Under the pieces are notes generated by a model that saw only the letters and a program-made list of their open reading frames with translations, had not been told where the DNA came from and ran no database searches. From Myxococcota bacterium (GTDB taxonomy: Bacteria > Myxococcota_C > UBA6777): DNA of 29,795 nt. The translations under genes and the position numbers were made by a program. The stretch spans positions 62,001 through 91,795 of the forward strand of contig JAKLKB010000006.1 in assembly GCA_023150835.1 (NCBI GenBank), written 5' to 3'. Positions 9,818-18,892 of the stretch are shown in pieces (positions within the stretch are counted from its first letter, which is position 1; the number at the start of each line of letters is the position of its first letter).

Positions 9818-10151
9818 TCGCAGATTCTCCAAAAAAAGATAGCAGCGAGAGTCTTTGACTCTCATTGAGTTGAGAACATTCGCAAACGCCCGTTGTCATA
9901 CGCGTGTTTGCGAAGGTGAACAGACAAAAGATCCATATCGATCTTGTCGGATACACCAAGGAAAAGGATAGCATGTGGGGGGATGGTATTTGCCGTGTTG
10001 AAGACTTGGCTGAAGAGATTCAGCAGGACTTTGAACAGAGGCCAAAGAAACCCCACAAACAGGTGTTTGTGCAAAAAGGAACCTCTCGGGCCACTGATTC
10101 TGTCGGAAGGGAGAGAACGGAGCAGGAGAAGGTTCGAGGGCATTCATCAGC

Positions 10152-10179
10152 GGAGACCCACAGTACGTGGGGGGTCTCC
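10152..10179. promoter_or_regulatory. Strong hairpin in the putative RRM leader
   Basis: Perfect 8-bp stem GGAGACCC...GGGTCTCC. Confidence 0.5.
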
Positions 10180-10238
10180 ATCCTTGGATTGCGCGATTGC
10201 GCCCCTCGTCCGCTGCGAAAGCGAAAGCATTGGTGCGG

Positions 10239-10266
10239 AGTGTAGCAGGCTTGTTTGGTGTGTCAA
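10239..10266 (-). promoter_or_regulatory. Putative sigma70 promoter for the RRM gene
   Basis: Minus strand TTGACA-N16-TACACT. Confidence 0.6.
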
Positions 10267-10316
10267 CAGAAATCTTTGAATTTTTCCATCCCCGTTATTT
10301 TTGATCGGAGTATTTC

Positions 10317-10456
10317 GGAGTGACGCGGCTGCTAAAAAAGCCGTGCTGGTGGAGGTTCTAGCGAGAGCGCCGTTTGGAAAACGATGATCGTTTCGCCCCT
10401 CACGGGGTCAAGGGGGCCGCGCTCTATGGCGGGGTATGGGGCAGCGCCCCACAAAA
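10317..10456 (+). repeat. Structured intergenic repeat family C, copy 2
   Basis: GGAGTGACGC..AAAAAAGCCGTG..CACGGGGTCAAGGGGG..ATGGGGCAGCGCCCCACAAAA. Confidence 0.8.
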
Positions 10457-10496
10457 TCATTGAATTGTGACTTTTTTGGAGAGGACCGGCGAGAGA

Positions 10497-13400
10497 TCAG
10501 GGCGCAAAGATCTCGGGAAGGCGGAAGCGTGGTGGTTTTTGGGGCGGGGTTGTGGTGGTCGGTTTGGGCCGTTGGACGGGTGGATACGGGCGTGCGCGAG
10601 GTGTGGAGGGATGGGTGGTTTCTGTGCGGATCGTTGGGGGTGGAGAGGGGCGCTTGGGAGCGGATGGTTCGGTGGGATCGTTGGGCAGGGGTGGGATCTC
10701 AGGCAAGAGGATATCGTCTTCGTCTGGACGCGATGAGGTTTCACGGGGCGAAGCATCGGGTGTTGTGGAGGGCGAAGCATCGGGCGTTGTGGAGGGCGAA
10801 GCATCGGGTGTTGTGGAGGGTGTGGAGGTTCCGGCATCAGAGGGAGAAGCGAGAGGTGCGGTGCCGCCGTCTGTGGGGGAGGATGTGGAGGCGGAAGGAC
10901 CGAGGGCAGGGGTTGGTTTGGAGGCTTCTTCTTTGGCTTTGCGTTCGCTGTAGTCTTTCCATTCGCTGAGGAGGTCGAAGAGGATGCGGCAGGCTTGAGA
11001 GGAAGAGAGCGTCCAAGGCTGGTGTCCGCGTAGGAAGGCGGGTTTGAGGCGGAGGACTTCGGCGTTGCTTTGTTGGGCTTGGGTTTGGAGGGATTGGATA
11101 CGGGCGGATATCTCGGTGGTTTGGCGGCTCCATTGTTCTTGTTCGAGGATGGCGGTTTGGTATTCTTGGAGACGTTGTTGGTAGCGGGCGTTGGTTTGGG
11201 CGATCGCGTTGCGCAAGGTTTCGATCTGCTTGCGTTGGTGGGGGGAGGCTTGTTCAAGGGAGGGGAGGGATCGTTGTTGTTGTTCGAGGGTGCGCTTTCT
11301 TTGGGTGAGGATGCGGATCTTGCGTTGGGTGAGGGTGACGCGATGGCCGGCGTTTCTGCGTTTGGCGGCGAGGCTTTTGCGTTGTTTTTGGAGGACCTCG
11401 ATCTGTTTTTCGGATTCGTTGTGTTGTTTTCGGGCTTGGAAGAAGCGTTTGCCGATCTGTTTGTGTTGTTGGATTTGTTGTTCGAGGACGCGGGCTTGTT
11501 CTTCGTATCGGGTGGCGCGTTGGAGAGCGAGGCGTGCGGTGCGGGAGCCTTCGGTGGCGCGTTGGTAACGTTTGAGCCAGAGCTGGTTGAGGCGTTCGGC
11601 GAGGCGTTTTTTTTGGGTGAAGGTGGGGCGGATGCGAAAGGTCTTGAGGGGATCATTTTTGGGGGTGGAGAGGGTGACGGCTCCTGTGAGATGGCCGAGA
11701 AAGCCGATGCAGCTAACGCCGCGAGTGCTTTGAACGGTGCCTGTTTTTGCGCCTGCTTGTTCGAGGATCTTTGCGCCGTAGCGTTTGATCAGGGCCTGTC
11801 CAGCGCCGCTTGCGGTGCCTTTGCGGTCGCTTTGCAACACACCACTCATGCGTTTTCGAACGGAGGCGACGACTTGTTCAGGGAGAGGGGAGGGGAAGAG
11901 TGCGGGTTTTCCGGGGATATGGATATCTTTTTCGCGCTCGACGCGGTAGATCAAAGCAGGGCGGATGACTTTTCCTGAGGCGATAAACGAAGCGATGGCG
12001 GCGAGTTGTCGGGTGTCGGTGTCGCTGACACCAAGGGTCATGGTCATGACGGGGACGAGTCCACTGCGCTTGCGATCGAAACCTGCGATCTCTTCGGCAA
12101 GCCAAGCGATATAGCGCAGGCCGATCTCCATCCGAAGCTCACGCACCCAGCCGATCTCTTCGAGAGAGAGGGGGCCTTGGAATTTTTGCTCGAAGAGCTT
12201 TTTCTTTTCTTGGAAGGTGCGTTGGATCTTTGGGCTGGCGGGGAAGATCCCGTCGGGTTCGGTGTCGAGGAATTCGGTGAGTTGCGCGGTGGTGACAGGA
12301 GGTTCAGAAGGTGCGGTGGGATGGGGTTTTTGTGCGTTTGGCGTTTGGGAGATAGGAGCGGGAGCGATCGGTTGGGGGCGTGCTTCGGGTGAGAGTTCGG
12401 AGAGGATCTCGTCTACGGAGCGCTTTTTTTTGCGTTGTTCTTCGGCTTGTTTTTTCTTGATCTCTTCGGCGTCAAGGGTGTTTTGATGGAGGGAGGCTTC
12501 GGCAAGAAGGGCGTGGACGGTGGCTGCTTTGGCGGCTTCAAAGATCGCATTTTCGCGTAGGTCTTTGAAATAGTTCATGTATCCGAAGTCACGGACGAAC
12601 ATTTTGCGCATCTCGACGGGATCTTTGTTGAGCTTTTCGACGGCAAGGCGGGCTTCTTCGGGGGACATCTTCTTTTTGTCTTCGAGGAGGTGGCGCAAGC
12701 CGCGTTCAAAGATCGCCGACCACTCGGTGGATTGGAGCATCCAAGTCCAGCGAAGCGAAAGGAAGACGTAGCCGATGTTGGCGGAGATGGCGAGAGCTTG
12801 GTCTTTTTTGACAAAGGGTGGCATCTTGTGGCTGTTGCGCACCCAATGGCCTTGGTTGCTTTTCCACGGATGGTACACAAACCTCCGTTGATTGAGCGTT
12901 TTGCGTCCACGGTTGATCAAGGGGAGTTCGTCAGGCCAATGGTGGGCGATCAGCGAAGTCAGGACTTTGAAGACAGAGCCAAAGACGGGCTTTTGTGCGA
13001 GGGCCATATCGACATGCCCGCTGCCACCGTATTGAGAGGCGATCTCGCCTGTGTTGGCGTCCACCAATGTATAAGCCAGTTGGAGGTCATCGATCTGCTC
13101 GCGGAAAGGGGCGTATCCTTGTTCGGCGACAGAGATCAGGCCGCGTTGACCGTCTTTTCCGACGGTGAGTTCTCGGTCGTAGTAAAGTTGGATGCGTGCG
13201 CCGTTTCGCCAGTCTTGGATATCGGCAGGCATGGATTTTTCGAGCCATTGGCGGATATGGAGATCGTGCATCTGCCATTCGTGGGAAACGGCCTTGAGGC
13301 GTCCGAGACCGTTTTTGAAGGTGGGCAATTCTTTGGGGACTTGGATGCCCATGCTTCGCAGTCGTGCTTTGATCTGCTCGATGCGTTTGCTCCAGACTTC

Positions 13401-14642
13401 ATACACCTTGCTACGACGGGTGCTTTCACACTTTCCATTGCGACAGGCTTCGAGATACCAAGGGTTAAAACGTCCCGGGTTGGGCAACGAGGCTGCGGCC
13501 ACAACCGCTTGGTTCCAATCGAACTCACGGGGATCTTGGACATCGAAATAATAGAGGCCGAGTCGGTGGAGTCCGTAGTTGTCGCCTTGACCGGCCCAAA
13601 GCGTCGCGAGGTAGATCGCCATCATCTCGCGTGGGCTGAAGGCTTGGCACATGATGTAAGAGCGCGGCATCTCGTCGAACAGCTTGCCGCTGACGGTGCG
13701 AAATAGGCCGATGCCTTGGCGCTTTTGACCAAAGTCGAGAAAGTTCTTGGCGGCTTGAAGGGCGGGGGTACTGCCGCCGACTTTTCGGCGTTGCTTGACG
13801 AGGTAGTAGGGGACACGCAAAAAGGCTTCGATCGAAAAAGGCTCGCACTTGAGGCTTTCGCCATCAGGAAGATAACGCCACCACCACGCGGGCTGATCAA
13901 CTCGTCCTTCGGCCACGCCTACGGCTTGACTGATCTTCCAGTCGAGCAGCTTGGGATCGTTGTAGTGTTGGTTCCAGTCGCTTTGGGTTCGGTTGAAAAG
14001 CCCCAAGGGACGGTTGTCTCGATCATGTAGAGTCGTGATCTGGATCGAACGCAAAAGTTTGTTGCGTTCCATCACTTCGGCGCGCTTGGTGGGGGTGACA
14101 TAATGCCGATGCCACCAATAGATCCCTCCAAGAAAGTTAAACAACATTGAGAGTACAAAGCCCGTCCCCAAGAGGCTCAGCACTGCGATGCGTGCGATCC
14201 ATCGCTCGGCAAAGCCATAACGGATGCGCCCGCCCAGTTCTGCACGCAAAAGCCACGTGATCAAAGTAAGCATCAAAGCGTATACACCGAGCAGTCCGAT
14301 CGAAACCAACACAAGCGTCTTCGACCACATCACTTTGGGCGGATACAGCAAGAAACCGATACTGCCAAGCAAGACCAGCCCGCTCGATACAAGCGCCCGA
14401 CGTTGTAAGCGATCGTGCTGGTAACGCGACTCTGCGATGCTATGCTGGATGCGATCATAAAGCCGCAAAGACAGCCACAACAAGAACGCAGCTTCGACTC
14501 CCAAGATCGCTCCAAACAACAACGCGATATCTTCTGGAAATTGCAGCAGCACAAACAAAGCTCCCGCGCCACCGCCCACAGCGAATAGCACCAACAATAA
14601 CCCGATCCATCTTTTTCGTTTGCTTGAGGTTTTTGTGCTCAT
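10497..14642 (-). CDS. Divergent class A penicillin-binding protein (GT51 transglycosylase plus transpeptidase) with ~5 N-terminal TM helices, large insertions, a coiled coil and a Pro-rich tail
   Basis: GT51-like motifs VAEGR, GGSTPALQAAKN, REMMAIYL and AAASLPNPGRFNP. Transpeptidase motifs SVFK (SxxK), SAN (SxN) and KTGT. Confidence 0.82.
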   Translation of the reverse strand: MSTKTSSKRKRWIGLLLVLFAVGGGAGALFVLLQFPEDIALLFGAILGVEAAFLLWLSLRLYDRIQHSIAESRYQHDRLQRRALVSSGLVLLGSIGFLLYPPKVMWSKTLVLVSIGLLGVYALMLTLITWLLRAELGGRIRYGFAERWIARIAVLSLLGTGFVLSMLFNFLGGIYWWHRHYVTPTKRAEVMERNKLLRSIQITTLHDRDNRPLGLFNRTQSDWNQHYNDPKLLDWKISQAVGVAEGRVDQPAWWWRYLPDGESLKCEPFSIEAFLRVPYYLVKQRRKVGGSTPALQAAKNFLDFGQKRQGIGLFRTVSGKLFDEMPRSYIMCQAFSPREMMAIYLATLWAGQGDNYGLHRLGLYYFDVQDPREFDWNQAVVAAASLPNPGRFNPWYLEACRNGKCESTRRSKVYEVWSKRIEQIKARLRSMGIQVPKELPTFKNGLGRLKAVSHEWQMHDLHIRQWLEKSMPADIQDWRNGARIQLYYDRELTVGKDGQRGLISVAEQGYAPFREQIDDLQLAYTLVDANTGEIASQYGGSGHVDMALAQKPVFGSVFKVLTSLIAHHWPDELPLINRGRKTLNQRRFVYHPWKSNQGHWVRNSHKMPPFVKKDQALAISANIGYVFLSLRWTWMLQSTEWSAIFERGLRHLLEDKKKMSPEEARLAVEKLNKDPVEMRKMFVRDFGYMNYFKDLRENAIFEAAKAATVHALLAEASLHQNTLDAEEIKKKQAEEQRKKKRSVDEILSELSPEARPQPIAPAPISQTPNAQKPHPTAPSEPPVTTAQLTEFLDTEPDGIFPASPKIQRTFQEKKKLFEQKFQGPLSLEEIGWVRELRMEIGLRYIAWLAEEIAGFDRKRSGLVPVMTMTLGVSDTDTRQLAAIASFIASGKVIRPALIYRVEREKDIHIPGKPALFPSPLPEQVVASVRKRMSGVLQSDRKGTASGAGQALIKRYGAKILEQAGAKTGTVQSTRGVSCIGFLGHLTGAVTLSTPKNDPLKTFRIRPTFTQKKRLAERLNQLWLKRYQRATEGSRTARLALQRATRYEEQARVLEQQIQQHKQIGKRFFQARKQHNESEKQIEVLQKQRKSLAAKRRNAGHRVTLTQRKIRILTQRKRTLEQQQRSLPSLEQASPHQRKQIETLRNAIAQTNARYQQRLQEYQTAILEQEQWSRQTTEISARIQSLQTQAQQSNAEVLRLKPAFLRGHQPWTLSSSQACRILFDLLSEWKDYSERKAKEEASKPTPALGPSASTSSPTDGGTAPLASPSDAGTSTPSTTPDASPSTTPDASPSTTPDASPRETSSRPDEDDILLPEIPPLPNDPTEPSAPKRPSPPPTIRTETTHPSTPRARPYPPVQRPKPTTTTPPQKPPRFRLPEIFAP
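10746..10817 (-). repeat. 3 x 24-bp coding repeat (STTPDASP)
   Basis: GGGCGAAGCATCGGGYGTTGTGGA x3. Confidence 0.9.
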
Positions 14643-14677
14643 CTCTTACCCTTTATAGGACTTACGCAGTTCGATGG

Positions 14678-14804
14678 TTTGTGGGGTTGGAACCCCACGC
14701 CCCGTCATAGACTGTCGCCCCTTGACCCCGTATCGGCGGAGCGAACAGGCGTTTTTCAAACCAACAGCGCAAACGCTTGAAAGCCTGCGAACACGGGGAT
14801 TTTT
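14678..14804 (-). repeat. Structured intergenic repeat family C, copy 3
   Basis: Reverse complement reads AAAAATCCCCGTGTTCGC..TTCAAGC..GTTTGAAA..ATACGGGGTCAAGGGG..GTGGGGTTCCAACCCCACAAA. Confidence 0.85.
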
Positions 14805-15067
14805 GCCATCTGCGCCGTTCCTTTGCTTGTTTGCGGATGCCTTGCGCTTGCTTTTCGTGGGCTTGTAGGTATGGAGGCAAACGACCCGAAAGGCAAATCT
14901 CCTTTTGGCCGAAAACAACAGATCGTCGAAGATAAGCGGCGTTTGTGAAAAGACCGTGAATCTTTTGGTTGGCTTTGGGGGTGGGTCTTGCTTTGGTCGT
15001 AGCTTTGGGGTAGTCCATCCTGTTCGGATGAGGGTGTAAAATAAAACGAAACAAATCAACCATAACA

Positions 15068-15211
15068 GGAGTGACGCCGTTGCCAAAAAAAGCCGTGTTC
15101 GCGGCACTTCAAGCGGCAAAGTTGCTTGTTTGAAAGACCGTGATCACCCCGTCAACACGGGGTCAAGGGAGCGATACTCCCTTGCGGGGTGTGGGGCAGC
15201 GCCCCACAAAA
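15068..15211 (+). repeat. Structured intergenic repeat family C, copy 4
   Basis: GGAGTGACGC..AAAAAAAGCCGTGTTCGC..TTCAAGC..GTTTGAAA..AACACGGGGTCAAGGGAG..CTCCCTTG..GTGGGGCAGCGCCCCACAAAA. Confidence 0.85.
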
Positions 15212-15256
15212 CAACTCAACTGCGAAGCTCCTACAGAAGTGTAGGGGATTTTTTTG

Positions 15257-16147
15257 ATGAAGAAGATGACGACTCGTCGCAAACTTGCGATCGCAACGTG
15301 GTCCTCACCACGCGAGGGCAATATCTATGGCAAACTGACGGTGGATATGACGGAGTCGCTGCGTTATATCGAGCATTTGCGCCGTGTATCGGGCGAAAAA
15401 GTGACGGTGACACATCTGGTTGGGCGCGCTGTGGCGGAGGCGCTTGCTCAGGCACCCGGATTGAACGGTCGGATCTTTTTGGGGCGTTATATCCCCCATG
15501 ATACGGTCGATATCACCTACCTTGTCGCGCTCGAAGAAGGGGCGGATCTCGCAAAGGCCAAAGTTCATCAGGCCGATCAAAAGAGCGTCGTAGATATCGC
15601 AAAAGAATTGCGGGAGTTGGCGGGGCGACTTCACAAAGGAAAAGATGAAAATTTTGAGAAAAATAAGGGCTTGTTGCGCTTGTTGCCGACATGGTTGTTG
15701 CGCCCTTTGATCTGGGCGACGGGCTATTTGACGGGAGCGATGGGCATCCAACTCAAAGCGATGGGCCTTGAACGCTTTCCTTTTGGCTCGTGCATTATCA
15801 CAAGCGTCGGAATGTTCGGGCTTGATGAAGGCTATGCGCCACCAACACCCTTTGCGCGAGTGCCTGTGTATGTCTTGCTTGGGTCGGTTGCTGAAAGGCC
15901 CGCTGTCGTGGATGGGCAGTTGGTTGTGCGCCCACAGATGACGATCACCGCGACGATCGATCACCGCTTTTTGGATGGCTTTCAAGGCGGTGTCTTGGCC
16001 AAGATCGTTCGGCGCGTTCTGGAGAATCCTTGGCAGCTTGACAGCGCCAAAGCCCCGTCAGGTGAGTTGCTCGGGACTCCTCCAAGCCAAGCCGCCCTTG
16101 AGGCAGGTGCGACAAAAGCTGCTCCTTCGCACACCAAAGCAGAGTAA
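15257..16147 (+). CDS. 2-oxoacid dehydrogenase E2-like acyltransferase, catalytic domain only
   Basis: Catalytic motif DHRFLDG and ITSVGMFG. No lipoyl or E3-binding domain at the N-terminus. Confidence 0.88.
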   Translation: MKKMTTRRKLAIATWSSPREGNIYGKLTVDMTESLRYIEHLRRVSGEKVTVTHLVGRAVAEALAQAPGLNGRIFLGRYIPHDTVDITYLVALEEGADLAKAKVHQADQKSVVDIAKELRELAGRLHKGKDENFEKNKGLLRLLPTWLLRPLIWATGYLTGAMGIQLKAMGLERFPFGSCIITSVGMFGLDEGYAPPTPFARVPVYVLLGSVAERPAVVDGQLVVRPQMTITATIDHRFLDGFQGGVLAKIVRRVLENPWQLDSAKAPSGELLGTPPSQAALEAGATKAAPSHTKAE

Positions 16148-16566
16148 GACGAAATCCGCCCGTTGTGTGATCGTAAGGTGCAGATGTATCAGGTTTCGCG
16201 TCATCCTCGACGCATACAGAAACAAAAGCTGCTTCGCTGCTCCATGCGTCCACTTCGCGGCTCCATTCCGATCCCCCTCTGCTTTCCCCTCGCGGCAGCA
16301 GCGAGGCTTTGCGAGCGTCGCAGGGAGAGGGGATGTCCGAAGGACAGGGGGGCGGGTGATACGGCAAGTACACCTGCGAGGGTTTTCGCTTCACTTGGTG
16401 CGTATGGGGCAATGCCCCACCACACCAGTCCGTTGCATAAGTCCTCGTAGGAACGTAAGCGATCTTTTCTTTGATGCGTCTGCTGTCCCAAAACTCTATC
16501 TCGTTTGAATGGCCTGTAGATTTGGGCGTTGTGAGATGGAGTGATCTTGTGGGAGCGGCCCCTACA
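16148..16566. repeat. Intergenic mosaic of repeat fragments: family B left end, CCCTC-type REP, family C tail, family A right end, GTAG-REP remnant
   Basis: GACGAAATCCGCCCGTTGTGTGATCG (16148). GGGAGAGGGGATGTCCGAAGGACAGGGG (~16323). ATGGGGCAATGCCCCAC (~16404). TGCATAAGTCCT (16434). GCGGCCCCTAC (~16555). Confidence 0.65.
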
Positions 16567-16585
16567 ACACACGGAGAAATCGAAG

Positions 16586-17242
16586 ATGAGTACACCGATG
16601 GCCGAGTTAGAAGCCCGCTGGCAGGAAGCCGTAGAGCGGGAGGACAGTGCAAAGATCGAGGCGCTGGTGCGCGAGGTGTTGCGTCAACATCCCGAGACAG
16701 CGCTGGCTTCGCAGATCCGCTATCAGCGGGGGGTGATCAACTTGACGGAAGGGGAAGGGTTTGGAAGCGAACGGCTTGCGCGTGCGATGTCGGAGTTTGA
16801 TCTTGGGGCGAAAGCGGGTGAGAAGGTGGGCGAAGGGTCCGAGCCTTGGCGCTCGTTGAATCGGACGCAACTGGGAGCCTGCAAGGCGCGTTTGGGGAAT
16901 ATCGAAGGCGCTTCAAGTGATCTTCAAGCAGTGGTGGCGTATCGTCCGCGTTCGGTGGCGGGTCTTGGAGCGTTGGGCTTGTTGTCAAAGATCTTGCGCG
17001 AGGACAAACGGGAGCGAGATGCGGCTCGTTTTGATACGCAACGCATCTCTTATGCGCGGGCTTTGGTGCGCGAGAACCCAGATCCCAACCAAGCCCACGA
17101 GCTGCGTTTTGTTTTGGCGCAAGAGCTGTTGGACAGCAACGCCTCGGATGAAGCGCGAGAGATCTTACACGAATTAAAAGCGTTGGGCGCGGATGCGTTG
17201 GGCGAAGAGTTGTATGCCGACGTGATGACCGCGCTTGGATAA
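16586..17242 (+). CDS. Hypothetical all-helical (TPR-like) protein
   Basis: GGAG before ATG 16586. Ala/Leu-rich amphipathic helices. Its stop overlaps the start of the next gene. Confidence 0.7.
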   Translation: MSTPMAELEARWQEAVEREDSAKIEALVREVLRQHPETALASQIRYQRGVINLTEGEGFGSERLARAMSEFDLGAKAGEKVGEGSEPWRSLNRTQLGACKARLGNIEGASSDLQAVVAYRPRSVAGLGALGLLSKILREDKRERDAARFDTQRISYARALVRENPDPNQAHELRFVLAQELLDSNASDEAREILHELKALGADALGEELYADVMTALG

Positions 17243-18671
17243 CGGAGAGCGTACCTTGAGAGCAGAGCGTTTGATCTGGCGGGGCGGGGTCTTGGGACTG
17301 GTATGGATGACGATGATTGGACTGTTGGGCGGGTGTGATCGCGGCGAGCCAGCCGCTGCCGCAAAAATGCAATCCGCAGGAGAAAAGAAGGATTGGCGGT
17401 CGCGTCGAAAGAAGCCGGCCAAGCCCGTCCATGCCGCAGAGATCCGCAAAGGCGAGATCGAGGCGATCTTGTCGGGGACGGCGACGCTTGAGGCCGAAGA
17501 TCGCGTGACGATCCTTGCCCAAGTCAAAGGTTTGGCGGTGCGGGTATTTGGGGTCGAAGGCCGCTTTTTCCGCAAAGGTTCGGTGCTTGCGCAGTTATCG
17601 AATCCTTATCTCCATATCGCTGACGAGCAAGTCGGGGCAGATATCGAAAAGGCCAAAGTCGATCTCAAACGAAACCTCCCGCTCTCTAAGCGCGGCTATG
17701 TCAGCCGAGAGACGGAGGAGCTTTTGGCGTTTCAACTTCTCCAAAAACAGATCCAGCGCAAACAAACCCAAGAAGATCTGCGCAATCTCAAGATCACCGC
17801 AACCATCTCAGGCATCGTGACCAAGCAGATCTTGCGTCGTGGAACATGGGTGCTTCCCAACGCAGAAGCCTTTATGATGGAAGATCCTCGGTCCTTGGTC
17901 GCAAACATCGCGGTTCCCGAAAAGTATCTGTCTTACCTCAAGACGGGCCTTGAGGCAGCGCTCGGTTCGGAAGCGGTGGGCCTCAACACCAAGATCACAG
18001 GGCGAGTCGTGCGGATCTCGCCGACTGTGGACGCCAAAACAGGCACGATCCAAGTGATCATCGGCCAGCTTTCGCCTCTTGAAAAGCTTCGCAGCGGGAT
18101 GTACGTCACGGTTCGCCTTGTCCTTGAACGCCGAAAAGATGTGCCGTTGGTCCCCAAACAAGCTGTGTTGTACGAAAACAACCGTCCCGTCGTGTATCGT
18201 TTGATCGGTGAATCGGGAGCCTGTGACGTCAGTCTTACAGACAAGCCCTCTTCTGTAAAAAGCGGTGGAAAGGGCAAACGTGGCCAGAAAAAAGGCCGCT
18301 TTGCGTCGATGACACCCGAAGAACGAGCGAAGATGCGCGAACGCTTTGCGTCGATGACACCTGAAGAACGGGCGAAAATGCGCAAGCGCCGGGGAAAGAG
18401 AAAAGGGCAGAGTGGCGAAGCAGGCGAAACATCGGACGGTACGCGCCGATGGAAGGCTGATCGAGGCGGTGAGCGTTGGGGGAAAAGAAGAGGGCAGCGC
18501 GGCGAAGCAGGGGTGGGTTGTCGTGTAGAAAAAGTGACCTTTGACAAGGGCTTAGAAAACGAGCGTGCTGTCGAGGTGGTGGGTGGGCTTCGCGAGGGGG
18601 ATCGGGTCGTGACGCTCGGACAAGAAGATCTCCAAAAAGGCAATCTTGTACGCGTCGTCAAGCTCGACTAG
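17235..18671 (+). CDS. RND efflux periplasmic adaptor (MFP) lipoprotein with a Lys/Arg-rich insertion
   Basis: Lipobox LLGGC. Motifs KITATISGIV, GRVVRISPTVDAKTGT, LRSGMYV, VPKQAV and GLREGDRVVTLG. The TTG start is uncertain. Confidence 0.9.
   Translation: MDNGERTLRAERLIWRGGVLGLVWMTMIGLLGGCDRGEPAAAAKMQSAGEKKDWRSRRKKPAKPVHAAEIRKGEIEAILSGTATLEAEDRVTILAQVKGLAVRVFGVEGRFFRKGSVLAQLSNPYLHIADEQVGADIEKAKVDLKRNLPLSKRGYVSRETEELLAFQLLQKQIQRKQTQEDLRNLKITATISGIVTKQILRRGTWVLPNAEAFMMEDPRSLVANIAVPEKYLSYLKTGLEAALGSEAVGLNTKITGRVVRISPTVDAKTGTIQVIIGQLSPLEKLRSGMYVTVRLVLERRKDVPLVPKQAVLYENNRPVVYRLIGESGACDVSLTDKPSSVKSGGKGKRGQKKGRFASMTPEERAKMRERFASMTPEERAKMRKRRGKRKGQSGEAGETSDGTRRWKADRGGERWGKRRGQRGEAGVGCRVEKVTFDKGLENERAVEVVGGLREGDRVVTLGQEDLQKGNLVRVVKLD
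18297..18383 (+). repeat. 2 x 45-bp coding repeat (RFASMTPEERAKMR)
   Basis: Direct repeat with period 45. Confidence 0.85.
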
Positions 18672-18892
18672 AGCGGAGGTTGGGACGGATGGTCGTGTCT
18701 TTTTGGGAACGGCTTTCCAGTCGTCGTTCAGCTCGGATAGAGCGGAGGTTGGGACGGATGGTCGTGTCTTTTTGGGAACGACTTTCCAGTCGTCGTTCAG
18801 CTCGGATAGAGCGGAGGTTGGGACGGATGGTCGTGTCTTTTTGGGAACGGCTTTCCAGTCGTCGTTCAGCTCGGATAGAGCGGAGGTTGGGA
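18669..18892 (+). repeat. Tandem repeat, 3 x 69 bp plus 17 bp, at the MFP-RND junction
   Basis: Units start at 18669, 18738, 18807 and 18876. One mismatch among the full units. Each unit carries TAG and GGAGG. Confidence 0.95.

Larger units (their letters stand above)
14656..15233. mobile_element. Composite element bounded by family A imperfect TIRs, carrying two inverted family C copies and spanning the divergent promoter region
   Basis: Left end TAGGACTTACGCAGTT (14656). Right end AACTGCGAAGCTCCTA (15218..15233). Confidence 0.55.

Noticed and set aside
14646-15119. 157-aa and 133-aa ORFs in the divergent spacer
   Set aside because: They run through family A and C repeats, have no recognisable RBS or domain, and are probably spurious.
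18646-18891. N-terminal extension of the RND protein (track ORF 18646..22506)
   Set aside because: It is just the stop-free 69-bp repeat. The family-typical N-terminus and RBS are at ATG 18892.
18669-18892. CRISPR array
   Set aside because: The units are contiguous and identical over their whole length. There are no unique spacers and no cas genes.
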